Of a stretch of 32,875 nucleotides of DNA, positions 1-11,151 are shown piece by piece. Position numbers and translations under genes: made by a program. Where the stretch lies: positions 1-32,875 of the forward strand of contig JBHHVD010000030.1 of NCBI GenBank assembly GCA_046754105.1, read 5' to 3'. The first letter of the stretch is position 1; each line of letters begins with the position of its first letter. The notes under the pieces were generated by a model. That model ran no database searches and was not told where the DNA came from. It worked only from the letters and a program-made list of their open reading frames with translations. Origin of the DNA: Candidatus Krumholzibacteriia bacterium. GTDB lineage: Bacteria; Krumholzibacteriota; Krumholzibacteriia; WVZY01.

Positions 1-504
1 CACGCACGAGAGGCCATCTCGGAAGCGCTCGGCATGCCCGCTTCGCCGCAGCCGCCCCTGGAGCACCCGGTTCTCGGCGAAACACGCGGCGTCTTCGTCA
101 CGCTCAAGAGCGCCGGTCGCCTCCGCGGCTGTATCGGCAATGTCGAATCGGACCGCTCGCTCCGGCGAACGGTAGCGGAAATGGCGCGGGCGGCGGCGTT
201 TCACGACCCGCGTTTCCAGCCGGTGACCGGCGAGGAATTCGCGAACGTGACGGTCGAGGTATCCGTACTGACGCCGCTGCACCGGGTCGACGACATCGGC
301 GAAATCAAAGTCGGCCTTCACGGGCTGGTAGTCGACGACGGGGTCAACCGCGGCCTGTTGCTGCCACAGGTGGCGGAGGAATACGGATGGGACGTGGACA
401 CGTTTCTCGAGCATACTTGTGAGAAGGCCTCGCTGCCCGGTGGGGCGTGGAAAAAAGAGCGCACGCGCATATACATCTTCAGCGCCCAGGTGTTTTCCGA
501 GTAG
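1..504 (+). CDS. amrA: AMMECR1-domain protein (AmmeMemoRadiSam system protein A), 5'-truncated by the window edge
   Basis: Motifs GVFVTL..GRLRGCIG, AAFHDPRF, EVSVLTP, GLLLPQVA and FSAQVFSE. The frame is open from position 1 (HAREAISEALG), so the true start lies upstream of the window. Confidence 0.9.
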   Translation, partial: HAREAISEALGMPASPQPPLEHPVLGETRGVFVTLKSAGRLRGCIGNVESDRSLRRTVAEMARAAAFHDPRFQPVTGEEFANVTVEVSVLTPLHRVDDIGEIKVGLHGLVVDDGVNRGLLLPQVAEEYGWDVDTFLEHTCEKASLPGGAWKKERTRIYIFSAQVFSE

Positions 505-512
505 CCGGCCGC

Positions 513-1043
513 TTACGTCTCAATGCCGGATAGGAGCCGCACGAGGTGGGAAACGAGCGTGCGGAACGACTGCATACTCATATTGGAGGCGCAGGGGCGC
601 CTGGCACCGAGGTTCTCACCCACGGTGAAATGCCGCAGGCTCAAGCGGTAACCGCCCCGTAACACCAGCTCGAAATACTGCGCGCGGTCGCCGCACGGAG
701 GCGGCGTGCGGAGGACCGCCACCAGGGATGCCGTGTCTTTCTCGATCAGCTGAAACTCCCCCGACAGGCAGCGAATATCGCTCGTAACCCGGTCGACTTG
801 GTTTTCCAAAGAGGGGCGCGCATCGGACTCGATGACGCGGTCGGCGCCGCGGACCTCTACCGTGCTGAGCATGACGCCGAGGCGGTCGAAATCCTCGACC
901 TCGACGCGCAGCTGGACACCGTCCTCCTCAACGTCCACACGATATGGGCGGCTCACCGGCCGGCGGGCAAAACCAAAGGTCAACTGGCTTTCCCTCGCCT
1001 TCTGCGCCTCCAGCCCCTGTATGAGTTTTTCGCTGGATACCAT
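513..1043 (-). CDS. Hypothetical protein (176 aa) downstream of spoVR
   Basis: The open frame fills the gap between spoVR and amrA. ATG at 1043 avoids overlap with spoVR and follows a GGTGG SD-like motif. Composition looks like a globular protein (YFELVLRGGYRLSLRHF). Confidence 0.7.
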   Translation of the reverse strand: MVSSEKLIQGLEAQKARESQLTFGFARRPVSRPYRVDVEEDGVQLRVEVEDFDRLGVMLSTVEVRGADRVIESDARPSLENQVDRVTSDIRCLSGEFQLIEKDTASLVAVLRTPPPCGDRAQYFELVLRGGYRLSLRHFTVGENLGARRPCASNMSMQSFRTLVSHLVRLLSGIET

Positions 1044-1065
1044 TCGTACCACCGAGCAGGCACAA

Positions 1066-1081
1066 TGCAAGTATCGTTCCC
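1066..1081 (-). promoter_or_regulatory. Putative sigma54 (-24/-12) promoter for the 513-1043 gene
   Basis: The minus strand reads GGGAACG-ATAC-TTGCA: exact GG-N10-GC spacing, with 2 mismatches to TGGCACG-N4-TTGCW. It lies in a 56-nt intergenic gap. Confidence 0.45.
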
Positions 1082-1099
1082 ACTCTCCGGCCCGATGGC

Positions 1100-2599
1100 T
1101 CAGGCTACGGATTCTTCGGTGATGGTACGTTCCTTGTGGGAGGAGCCGTCGAAAGAGTGCAGGTTTACCGTCTCTCCGACGAGGGTCTGCACGTGAACCG
1201 GGCGCGTCCAAATCTTGAACAGCCGCTCGAGCGTTGCCCTGGCATAGTCCACGCGCAGGTCGGCCCCGTCATGACGGTGCTTCAGGTACAATTCGCCCCG
1301 GTTCTCGTAGTTGGCATCGACGACGGTGATATAGGGATTGCCCATATTGGTGAGTGAGAATAGGAGCTTCTCCTTTATCTTCTCCATGCTCCGGTCGTCG
1401 ATCTCGTACATTCCTGTCTTTTCGTTCAACCTGTACGAAAACAATTTGTGCTCGCGGCAGAAATCCTCCGTGAGAAAATCGTCGATGAAGTTCATGTCGT
1501 TGTAAATGGCTCTCACCTGGAAGATCTTCTCCAGCCCCTGCCCCAGCTCGAGATCCCAGTTCGTGCGCGTTTCCAGATCATCGCACTCGTCGTATTCCTT
1601 TCCGAAACGGCCCTTGTTCCACCGCCGCTCGATGTCCTTGTAGAGCTCGTACCCGAGCTTATACGGGTTGATCTGCCCCGGCTGCACACCCAGCGTACCC
1701 GACTGGTGGTCCGCGTAATCGATCAGCTCGGAATCGTCCAGGCATTTCCGCGTCATGATCTTGGTGTGCCAGTAGGTCGCCCAGCCCTCGTTCATGATCT
1801 TGGTTTGGCCCTGCGGCGCGAAGTAGTAACTCTCTTCGCGGATCATGGACAGAATGTCGCGCTGCCAGTTGGCGATCGGGGCGTACTGGATAAGAAACAT
1901 CAGGATGTCTTTCTCCGGTCTGGGAGGAAACTTGCTCTCTCGCTGCCTCTCCTCCTCCATTTCCTCCTTTCGGCGCAGGAGATACTCAGGGGGATTGATG
2001 TAGGGTTCCATGTATCCCTTGCTCTTGAGCCGCGGCACCGCCACCGCGTCGTCGGCACCTCCCGACGCCGCGTCGTCATCGCCGTTGCGCCCGGCGAGGA
2101 ACGCCGACTCGGGGTCGATCAGGTTCTCCAGCGAGAAACACGTATCCAGGAAATCCTCGACCGCCTCGTACCCGTACTTGGCCGCGTAGCTGCGTATCCT
2201 CATCCCGTGGTTGGCCATTTCGTCGATCATCCTGCGGTTGGTCACGGAGAAGTACGCGTTGTTCTTGAAAAAATCACAATGCGCGTAGACGTGCGCGACA
2301 ACCATTTTTTGGTCGATCATCTTGTTATTGTCCAGCAGGTACGCGTAGCAGGGGTTGTTGTTGATCACCATCTCGTAGATCTTGTGCAGTCCATACTTGT
2401 AGCTCTTTGCCATATACTGGTACTGCATGCCAAAGCGCCAGTGCGGGTAACGTACGGGGAAGCCACCGAAGCTGGCTACTTCGTTCATCTCGTTGAACGC
2501 CACCATTTCGAAGACGACCGGGTAGAAATCCAGCCCGTAGCTACGCGCGTAGCCCTCGATCTTCTTGATCCAGCGTTTGAGCTCTTCGAGATCGATCAT
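1100..2599 (-). CDS. spoVR: SpoVR/YcgB family protein (499 aa)
   Basis: Motifs GGFPVRYPHWRFG, IYEMVINNNPCYAYL, AHVYAHCDFFKNN, QTKIMNEGWATYWH and NPYKLG. ATG at 2599 overlaps the yeaH stop (ATGA). The ORF-track extension to 3157 is an artefact. Confidence 0.95.
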   Translation of the reverse strand: MIDLEELKRWIKKIEGYARSYGLDFYPVVFEMVAFNEMNEVASFGGFPVRYPHWRFGMQYQYMAKSYKYGLHKIYEMVINNNPCYAYLLDNNKMIDQKMVVAHVYAHCDFFKNNAYFSVTNRRMIDEMANHGMRIRSYAAKYGYEAVEDFLDTCFSLENLIDPESAFLAGRNGDDDAASGGADDAVAVPRLKSKGYMEPYINPPEYLLRRKEEMEEERQRESKFPPRPEKDILMFLIQYAPIANWQRDILSMIREESYYFAPQGQTKIMNEGWATYWHTKIMTRKCLDDSELIDYADHQSGTLGVQPGQINPYKLGYELYKDIERRWNKGRFGKEYDECDDLETRTNWDLELGQGLEKIFQVRAIYNDMNFIDDFLTEDFCREHKLFSYRLNEKTGMYEIDDRSMEKIKEKLLFSLTNMGNPYITVVDANYENRGELYLKHRHDGADLRVDYARATLERLFKIWTRPVHVQTLVGETVNLHSFDGSSHKERTITEESVA

Positions 2600-3705
2600 T
2601 TGCCTTTTCCCAGGAATTCCTTGATCGACTTGTAAATATCCTCGCGCCTGTTGATTTCCGACAACACCAGGTTGTCCTCGTCCGTGAACGCCTTGGACAG
2701 GTCGGTGATGAAGGCGCCGCTGCCGTACGGGCTCGCAACCTGCCCGTAGCAAAACAGGTTGACCGCGGGCAGGATGTCTTTGCGCAGCATCTCCAGGCAC
2801 AGCTCCGTGTCGCCCCCGCCCCAGTTGTCTCCGTCCGAAAAATGGAACACATAGATGTTCCACTCGCTCGGCGACAGCTCCTCCCCAATGACCTTGCGGC
2901 ACAGGTCGTACGCAGACGATATTCGCGTTCCTCCGCTCTCGCGCGTGTGGAAGAACGTCTCCTCGTCGACCAGCTGCGCAGCGGCGTCGTGGATGATATA
3001 CCGTGTCTGCAGGCCCTTGTATTGGCGTTTGAGCCAGGTGTCGATCCAGAAAGACTCGATGCGGACGACTTCCTTTTGTTCGTCGCCCATCGAGCCCGAC
3101 ACGTCCATTACGTAGATGATAACCGCGTTGGTCTCCGGTGATTTCGTCGTCTTCCACGAGCGGTAGCGGCGGTCTTCCTTGACGGGGACTACGACGGGGC
3201 GTTTCGGGTCGTAACTGCCCGAGGCGATCTGGCGTTTGAGCGCCTCACGGAACGTACGCTTGAAATGGCGCAGGGACTCGGGGCCGGTGCGGCTGATGGT
3301 CGTGTAACGGTCCTTATCGGAGACAATGGAGCTCTTGTTCTTGGGCTGAATCTTGGGGAGCTCGAGCTCTTCGCCCATTATGTCGGCCAGTTCCTCGAGC
3401 GTGATGTCGACCTCGAGGATATGGCGTCCGGGCGCGTTGCCCGCCGCCCCGGCGCCCTCCTGGCCGTCGTCGCCCGTGGCGATGGGTGTGCCAACGTCGC
3501 CCTCACCCTGCCCTACTCCCCCGAGCTTGCGTGTCTCATATCTGAAATTGGGGATTTCTATCTGGTTGATGGGGATGCTGACCAGATCCTTGCCCTTCTT
3601 GCCGATCAGCTCACCGGTGGTGACGAACTTCTTGAGCTCCTTCTTGACCACGCCCCGGACGATCTGCCGAAACCTGTTCAGGTCTTGCTCTATGCGCTGC
3701 ACCAT
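2596..3705 (-). CDS. yeaH: YeaH/YhbH (DUF444) vWA-like protein
   Basis: Motifs MDVSGSMG, ESGGTRISSAY and FHFSDGDNW. SD GAGGAGG upstream. Lies between prkA and spoVR. Confidence 0.93.
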   Translation of the reverse strand: MVQRIEQDLNRFRQIVRGVVKKELKKFVTTGELIGKKGKDLVSIPINQIEIPNFRYETRKLGGVGQGEGDVGTPIATGDDGQEGAGAAGNAPGRHILEVDITLEELADIMGEELELPKIQPKNKSSIVSDKDRYTTISRTGPESLRHFKRTFREALKRQIASGSYDPKRPVVVPVKEDRRYRSWKTTKSPETNAVIIYVMDVSGSMGDEQKEVVRIESFWIDTWLKRQYKGLQTRYIIHDAAAQLVDEETFFHTRESGGTRISSAYDLCRKVIGEELSPSEWNIYVFHFSDGDNWGGGDTELCLEMLRKDILPAVNLFCYGQVASPYGSGAFITDLSKAFTDEDNLVLSEINRREDIYKSIKEFLGKGK

Positions 3706-3728
3706 CGGTGGTGCCTCCTCGAAATGCG

Positions 3729-5780
<2,052 letters not shown>

Positions 5781-5920
5781 GTGTCCTCCTCAACAGGGTC
5801 GTGTGAAAGTAACGCTTGTTACCCTCTTCCCCACTAAAAATATAGTGCTTCCCGACTCACCGCGCCAGCGCCCCGCGCGCGACGTACGCCAAACCGCGTT
5901 GAAGCGCCCCTTCTTGATCA

Positions 5921-5936
5921 CGCAAAAAACATACCA
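5921..5936 (-). promoter_or_regulatory. sigma54 (-24/-12) promoter of the prkA-yeaH-spoVR operon
   Basis: The minus strand reads TGGTATG-TTTT-TTGCG (GG-N10-GC), about 140 nt upstream of the prkA ATG. E. coli yeaGH is sigma54/NtrC-dependent. Confidence 0.7.
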
Positions 5937-6113
5937 AGGGCACTTCACCGGTGTCGTGGATAACTGTAATGATTTCAGCGCCTAGTGACGGCCCCCGTCA
6001 ACCAAAACTTTCATTTTTTTGGCCGTGCCGTAGTAGCTGGCAAGAAATCTCCCGGACGGGTCGAAACCTCCACGCTGCGGGCAGAATATGTTTTTCCCGC
6101 ATGAAACGCCCCC

Positions 6114-6122
6114 TGCTATACT
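6114..6122 (+). promoter_or_regulatory. Extended -10 promoter (TGnTATACT) for the HIT gene
   Basis: TGCTATACT lies about 48 nt upstream of the ATG at 6171. Confidence 0.5.
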
Positions 6123-6170
6123 CACCGGCGTACCCGGGTCAAGTTCCGTTCACCAGGAGGGGGTCGAAAA

Positions 6171-6515
6171 ATGTCAGATTGCATCTTTTGCGGGATCGCC
6201 GACGGCAAAATCCCGGCTGAAAAAGTCCACGAGGACGACAGTCTGGTCGCGTTTGCGGACATCAACCCGGTGGCACCGGTTCACATCCTGATCGTACCCA
6301 AAAAACACATTGCGACACTCAATGATGCGTCATCGGCCGACGAGGCGCTGCTGGGGAAGATACTGCTTTGCGCGAAACAACTGGCGGCCGAGCGTGATTT
6401 AGCCGAGGAGGGGTACCGGACGGTCGTGAATTGCATGGCCGGAGCCGGGCAGTCGGTTTTTCACATCCACGCCCACTTGCTGGGCGGGCGCGTGTTGCAG
6501 TGGCCGCCGGGATGA
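6171..6515 (+). CDS. hinT: Histidine triad nucleotide-binding protein (HinT/PKCI-like)
   Basis: Motifs DCIFC, AFADINPVAPVHILIVPKKH, GQSVFHIHAHLLGGR and C-terminal WPPG. SD AGGAGG. Confidence 0.95.
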   Translation: MSDCIFCGIADGKIPAEKVHEDDSLVAFADINPVAPVHILIVPKKHIATLNDASSADEALLGKILLCAKQLAAERDLAEEGYRTVVNCMAGAGQSVFHIHAHLLGGRVLQWPPG

Positions 6516-6524
6516 CCGCCGGGG

Positions 6525-6893
6525 TCACTCGAGGTACTTGTCCTCCAGGCGGGTGGTGAGGTCGTAGTCGATGTCGAAGTCCTCGAGACGATCGCTCTCC
6601 CGTCTCGACAGGATTTGAGCGTTGACCAGTTGAAATACCGCGCGCCCCACGTCCCTGCCCGACGAGATGCCCCAGTTTTCGAGCACGGTGCCGGCCAGCA
6701 GGCCGAACCTGTGCCGGGCATAGCCACAGAGGCCGTCGAGCAGTTCCCGCGCCGTGACATGTCGGCGCTCGCCGAGGGTCCGCATGGTGAAATCCAGCGT
6801 CTCCATCATGAACGGGTACGCCGCCGGTTTGAGCCGGTCGTCAGCGGCCCGAATGCGCTCGATCGCCTCCCAGAAACCCGGTTCCCGGTTCAT
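6525..6893 (-). CDS. Minf_1886 family protein ('Verrucomicrobia/Planctomycetes-restricted', TIGR04138-like)
   Basis: Recognised pattern AY.F....L......RHVTARELL.G....A...FG.LA..VL..WGI....DVG..VF.LV....L....D..EDF. Starts 10 nt downstream of bshA. Confidence 0.8.
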   Translation of the reverse strand: MNREPGFWEAIERIRAADDRLKPAAYPFMMETLDFTMRTLGERRHVTARELLDGLCGYARHRFGLLAGTVLENWGISSGRDVGRAVFQLVNAQILSRRESDRLEDFDIDYDLTTRLEDKYLE

Positions 6894-6903
6894 TGCCGCT
6901 GCC

Positions 6904-8037
6904 TCAAAGAAACTCCTCGTAGAGTCGTAAGTACTCGCCCACGATCTTGTCCTTGCCGAAGTCCTTGCGCGCTCGCTCGCGTGCCTTTAGACCGATGCTC
7001 TTGCGCCACTCGTCGTCCTCGAACAGACGCACGATAACGGAACTCATCCCGGCGACGTCGTGGGGATCGTGCAGAAACCCGGTCTCACCGTCGTGTATGA
7101 CCTCGCCCAGGCCCCCGATATTCGAGGTCACCGCCGGCAGCCCGCAGCTCATCGCCTCGAGCGCCGCCAGACCGAAGCTCTCGTGCTCACTGGGCAACAG
7201 GAACACGTCGCCCACCGGCAGCACGTCGGCGATGAACTCCTGGTCGCCGAGAAAACTCACCGCCTCGGACAACCCCTTCTCGGCCACCCGGCGCTCGACC
7301 GCCTCGAACTCCGGCCCGTCGCCGATCAGCAGCAGGCGGCACGGCACCGATTTCCTTACTTCGGAAAATACATCAACTACGGTTGGTATATTCTTGACTT
7401 TGCGAAAATTAGACATATGAATGATCAGGCGCTCACCTGGCCGCGCGTAGCGCTCGCGCACGGCGCTGTTCGGGTTGGGCCGGAATTCGTTGCAGTCGAC
7501 GAAATTGTGAATGACGCGGATCGGCTCGTCGGTCTTGAAGGCGCGCTCGGTCTCCCGCCGCAGGAAATCGGAGACGGTGGTAATGGCGTCGCTCATGGCG
7601 ATGCTAAAGCGGGTTATTTCATAAAAAGAAGGCATCACCCCGACCAGGGTGATGTCGGTGCCGTGCAACGTCGTGATGCTCTTCAATTCCCGGTTGGACG
7701 TCTTGAGCATTTCCTTGGCGAGGTAGGCGCAGGTCGCGTACGGGATGGCGTAGTGCGAATGAACGACGTCCAACGAGTACTGCATGGCCACTTCGCGTAT
7801 CTTTACGGCCAGGCTCAGCGAGTACGGCGTGAACTGCTGGAAGAGTGGATAATCGCCGGGGTCCACCTTGTGAAAATACAGGTTTTCGTCGAAGTGGTTC
7901 AGGCGCGCGGGCAGCCCGTAGGTGATAAAGTGCACCTTGTGGCCGAGGCCGGCGAGCGATTTGCCCAGCTCCGTGGCGACGATACCGCTGCCGCCGGGAG
8001 TCGGGTAGCAAACGATTCCAATATTCGCTTTTCTCAT
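6904..8037 (-). CDS. bshA: N-acetyl-alpha-D-glucosaminyl L-malate synthase (GT4)
   Basis: Motifs IGIVCYPTPGGSGIVATELG, HSHYAIP, TTLHGTDITLVG, HMSNFRKVK and ESFGLAALEAM. Confidence 0.95.
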   Translation of the reverse strand: MRKANIGIVCYPTPGGSGIVATELGKSLAGLGHKVHFITYGLPARLNHFDENLYFHKVDPGDYPLFQQFTPYSLSLAVKIREVAMQYSLDVVHSHYAIPYATCAYLAKEMLKTSNRELKSITTLHGTDITLVGVMPSFYEITRFSIAMSDAITTVSDFLRRETERAFKTDEPIRVIHNFVDCNEFRPNPNSAVRERYARPGERLIIHMSNFRKVKNIPTVVDVFSEVRKSVPCRLLLIGDGPEFEAVERRVAEKGLSEAVSFLGDQEFIADVLPVGDVFLLPSEHESFGLAALEAMSCGLPAVTSNIGGLGEVIHDGETGFLHDPHDVAGMSSVIVRLFEDDEWRKSIGLKARERARKDFGKDKIVGEYLRLYEEFL

Positions 8038-8064
8038 CGGTCTTCCATGAAAACGAGCGGAGGA

Positions 8065-8763
8065 TCAGGCGCCGAAGATCGCCAGGTTTTCCAGTTTGAT
8101 CGGTCGCAGTGAACGGAAAGGCTCACCGTGCGACACCCGGATCTTCTGTCCGTAGAGCCGGCTCCGGGCCTCGACCGCCGAAAGAAAATCCGGCGCGTTG
8201 AGCGGGGTCGGTTTGCTGCCGGGCCCGCCGGAGAATTGCGACTCGTGGGCACGAATCGCCTCGATCTTGGTGTCCCAACTGGCGGACACGTCCACGATGA
8301 GGTTCGCATCCAGCTCGTTGCGCCCCGGGTACACCATGGCGTTCTTCACCGGCCACGCTTTGCCCCGCGCCTCGTAGCCGTGCACGCCCGAGAGGTACAA
8401 CGCCTTTTCGACCAGCGCCGCGCCCGCCACGTGGTCAGGGTGGGGATCCTCCCCCGAGGGAACCAGAACCAGGTCCGGCACCGCATCGCGAACGGCACCC
8501 ACGACGATCCTCAACTGGTCGGGGTCTTCCCCGCGGAGCGCGGCGTCCGGCAACCCGAGATTCACCCGCCGGTGGATCCCGAGAATGTCGGCCGCGCGCG
8601 CCGCCTCCGCGGCGCGGATCTCCGGAGTGCCGTTGCTCGACGCCGCTCCGTCGGAAAGGTCGGCGATGACGATACGATGCCCCTGCCCGACGGCGAGGAC
8701 CAGAGTGCCGGCACAGCCGAGTTCGACGTCATCGGGATGAATGCCGATCGCCAGGATGTTCAT
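8065..8763 (-). CDS. bshB1: Bacillithiol biosynthesis deacetylase (PIG-L family)
   Basis: Motifs HPDDVELGCAGT, DPHPDH, AHESQF and YGQKIRVSHGEPF. ATG at 8763 overlaps the bshC stop (ATGA); an alternative ATG is at 8772. Confidence 0.88.
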   Translation of the reverse strand: MNILAIGIHPDDVELGCAGTLVLAVGQGHRIVIADLSDGAASSNGTPEIRAAEAARAADILGIHRRVNLGLPDAALRGEDPDQLRIVVGAVRDAVPDLVLVPSGEDPHPDHVAGAALVEKALYLSGVHGYEARGKAWPVKNAMVYPGRNELDANLIVDVSASWDTKIEAIRAHESQFSGGPGSKPTPLNAPDFLSAVEARSRLYGQKIRVSHGEPFRSLRPIKLENLAIFGA

Positions 8764-10391
8764 GACCGGCATGAATATACTATATGCTGGGGATGTTCGT
8801 CCATGAGTTCGTCCACGTGGGTACGTGCCAGATGCGTCAGCGCCCCGCCGGTTGCATCACTGCCGTACAGAAACGGGAAGAGGCTGGAGAGCCATCGTTC
8901 CTGCGCTTTGCCGTTCGGCCTGATCAGCTGTTCGACGCGCCCGAGGAACGGCCAGCGCTCGAGCGCAATGACCTTGCCCGCCTCCATCGCGGTGCGCCTG
9001 AGATCGTCCACGCGGTTTTCCACCTCACCCATGCGCGCCCGAATCTTCTGCCGTGTCCGGGAGGGGAGATCGTCGATCGCTTGCGCGGCGAACTTCTCCA
9101 GGGTCTGGGCGATGCCGCTCTTCACGTCGGCGATCGCTGCCTCGAGCCCGGCGGGCACACTGCGCCCATAGCAGTCCCTGGCGAACGCCGACGGGTTCTC
9201 CACCAGCGCCGCTGCCCCACCGCTGTCGTCTACCAGCGCTGCCAGCGGCGGCGGGACAAACGTCGCCGCCATGCGGGGCAGTTCCGCGGGACGGGGGATA
9301 CCGAACTTCTCGTACAGTGGACCGATTTGCGCGCGGTAGGCCAGCTCCGCGGGGCCCAGCACGACACAAACGGGGTCGAATACATAATCCTGAACCAGGT
9401 TGCGCAGCACGACCCCGGGAGAACATTTTTCGACGTCGTTCGCGACCGCCTCCTCCAAAAGCGACCGATTCGCCGCGGGGACGTTCTTGCGCAGCCCCCC
9501 TTCGATGAGAAATACGCCGGAATCCTCTCCAGCGGCCAGCTGCGCGTGGTACCCCTTCTTCACGAGCCGCTCCCCTTCGCCACGTACGAGCCGCTTGACC
9601 GCATCTTCATCGTTCACGTATTCCCTGAACACCGGTTGCGCGCACCTGCGGAGGCATCCCATGCGGCCGTCTACCACCGCGATACGCCCGCCGAAGAGAC
9701 CGACCAGTGTAGCCGCCGCCAGCTCGCCGTGGTCATCGGCCGCATCGAACGCCGCGTCGACACAGCTCGTGGCCCAGACGGCCCCGCGGAAACCCCGGAC
9801 GAAATCGCGAGCGATCCGCCACAGGGTCGTCAGTGGCGAGAGCGGTATGTCGCCCACCGGCATGCCGCTGCGGTGGGCGCTTTGCGCGACCGCGGCGGAC
9901 ACCGGATCGAAGGTGTCGGTCAGCAGGCTGAGTTGGCGAATCTCCCCGAAATCGGTGTCGTCGGAGCCACACCAGTAGAGCGGTACGACCGGTCGTCCCG
10001 TGCTCTCCTCCACCCGCGCCGCGACCGCGATGGCCGTCGCCACCTTGTAGGCCGTGTGCAGCGGGCCGCCGAGGGTGCCCGGCTGTTGGCCGGTGACCAC
10101 GAAGCTGGCCGCACCCGTGGCCGCGCCGCGCACCTTGCCCAGTATTTCTTCGCGGGTGCCCAGCTTGCGGCTCAGCCCCTCGACGTCGTCGGCGACGCTC
10201 TTCCAGAGCGACTCGTCCCGACGTCCCACCACGCCGCCGCGCTCCGGGCGGGTCTCCCAAGAACTGCGGTCGGGGCGGACGCCGTCGATAAACGAGGGCA
10301 GCCCCTTGCGCGGCGAGGCCAGATAATCGAGAAGCAATCTCGATGGTTCTCCAACCGACTCCCAGGCTATCTTCGCAACAATCTCTGCCAT
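8760..10391 (-). CDS. bshC: Bacillithiol biosynthesis cysteine-adding enzyme
   Basis: Motifs VVTGQQPGTLGGPLHTAYK, VVPLYW..SDDTDF.EI, GYHAQ, SPGVVLRNLVQD, GPAELAY.AQ and P.G..QER. Confidence 0.92.
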   Translation of the reverse strand: MAEIVAKIAWESVGEPSRLLLDYLASPRKGLPSFIDGVRPDRSSWETRPERGGVVGRRDESLWKSVADDVEGLSRKLGTREEILGKVRGAATGAASFVVTGQQPGTLGGPLHTAYKVATAIAVAARVEESTGRPVVPLYWCGSDDTDFGEIRQLSLLTDTFDPVSAAVAQSAHRSGMPVGDIPLSPLTTLWRIARDFVRGFRGAVWATSCVDAAFDAADDHGELAAATLVGLFGGRIAVVDGRMGCLRRCAQPVFREYVNDEDAVKRLVRGEGERLVKKGYHAQLAAGEDSGVFLIEGGLRKNVPAANRSLLEEAVANDVEKCSPGVVLRNLVQDYVFDPVCVVLGPAELAYRAQIGPLYEKFGIPRPAELPRMAATFVPPPLAALVDDSGGAAALVENPSAFARDCYGRSVPAGLEAAIADVKSGIAQTLEKFAAQAIDDLPSRTRQKIRARMGEVENRVDDLRRTAMEAGKVIALERWPFLGRVEQLIRPNGKAQERWLSSLFPFLYGSDATGGALTHLARTHVDELMDEHPQHIVYSCRS

Positions 10392-10411
10392 GCGACTCCG
10401 TTCCAGGCAGC

Positions 10412-11143
10412 CTACGGTTTGGCCGACAAGATGATAACCCGTTCGGACACGCCCCGCGCAAAGGCGTTCCCCATGTAGTCCCCGTAGAACTCCCGGGGTA
10501 TGAGCCCCACGCTTTCGAACATCATCACCAGGTCTGCCAACGTGTACAGCCGCAGGCGTTCCTCTATTTCTTCCTTGTCATTCGTCCGCTTGTTCGTTAC
10601 CTCGGCGCGCTTGACGAGGTATTTTCCGTGGCCCTCGATCCGTCGCCTTTCGTGAATCTCGTAGCCCTGCGACTCGCGCGACGATTCTTCCAGCAGCTCG
10701 TTCGCGATTCTCTCTGCGTTGATGAAATCGAACAGGAACACCCCGTCGCCCTTCAGAACACGCTGGACCTCCCGGAATACGAGCAGGTTGTCGGTGTCGA
10801 CCGAAAAGTATCCGAAGCTCGTGAACATGTTCAATGCGCCGCCGAACGACCCGTCGCAAAACGGAAGGTGACGCATGTCGGCCTGCACCAGCCTGCCCCC
10901 GTGGCCCCACTCCGCGGCGGACCTCGCCAGCAGGTAGTGCGACAGATCGAGCCCATAGGCGTCTACTCCCCTTTGCAGCAGCGCCTCCAGATAGCGCCCG
11001 TCTCCCGAGGCCAGGTCGAGGACCGGTGTCTTGCCCTCGAAGCAGCGGCCGAAAGAATTCAGCGCCGTTTCCGCCTCCCTGCTGTCGCGGTGACTGTACA
11101 AGACCGGATACAAGCGGTCGAAAGCAGCCTCGTACCATTCCAT
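10412..11143 (-). CDS. Class I SAM-dependent methyltransferase (243 aa), candidate NmbA-like bacillithiol N-methyltransferase
   Basis: SAM motif VLDLASGDGR, ADMRHLPF, NMFTSFGYF and N-terminal WY...F...Y..LYSHRD. ATG at 11143. Ends 20 nt before bshC. The NmbA role is inferred from context only. Confidence 0.85.
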   Translation of the reverse strand: MEWYEAAFDRLYPVLYSHRDSREAETALNSFGRCFEGKTPVLDLASGDGRYLEALLQRGVDAYGLDLSHYLLARSAAEWGHGGRLVQADMRHLPFCDGSFGGALNMFTSFGYFSVDTDNLLVFREVQRVLKGDGVFLFDFINAERIANELLEESSRESQGYEIHERRRIEGHGKYLVKRAEVTNKRTNDKEEIEERLRLYTLADLVMMFESVGLIPREFYGDYMGNAFARGVSERVIILSAKP

Positions 11144-11151
11144 GCCGTTAC

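Noticed and set aside
2600..3157. 186-aa N-terminal extension of SpoVR in the ORF track
   Set aside because: It overlaps yeaH in another frame. Family similarity begins at the ATG at 2599, which forms an ATGA overlap with the yeaH stop.
8761..8772. CATGACCGGCAT also occurs at 28149-28160 (both read MPVM at gene starts)
   Set aside because: A single 12-bp match is compatible with chance, and the flanks show no similarity.
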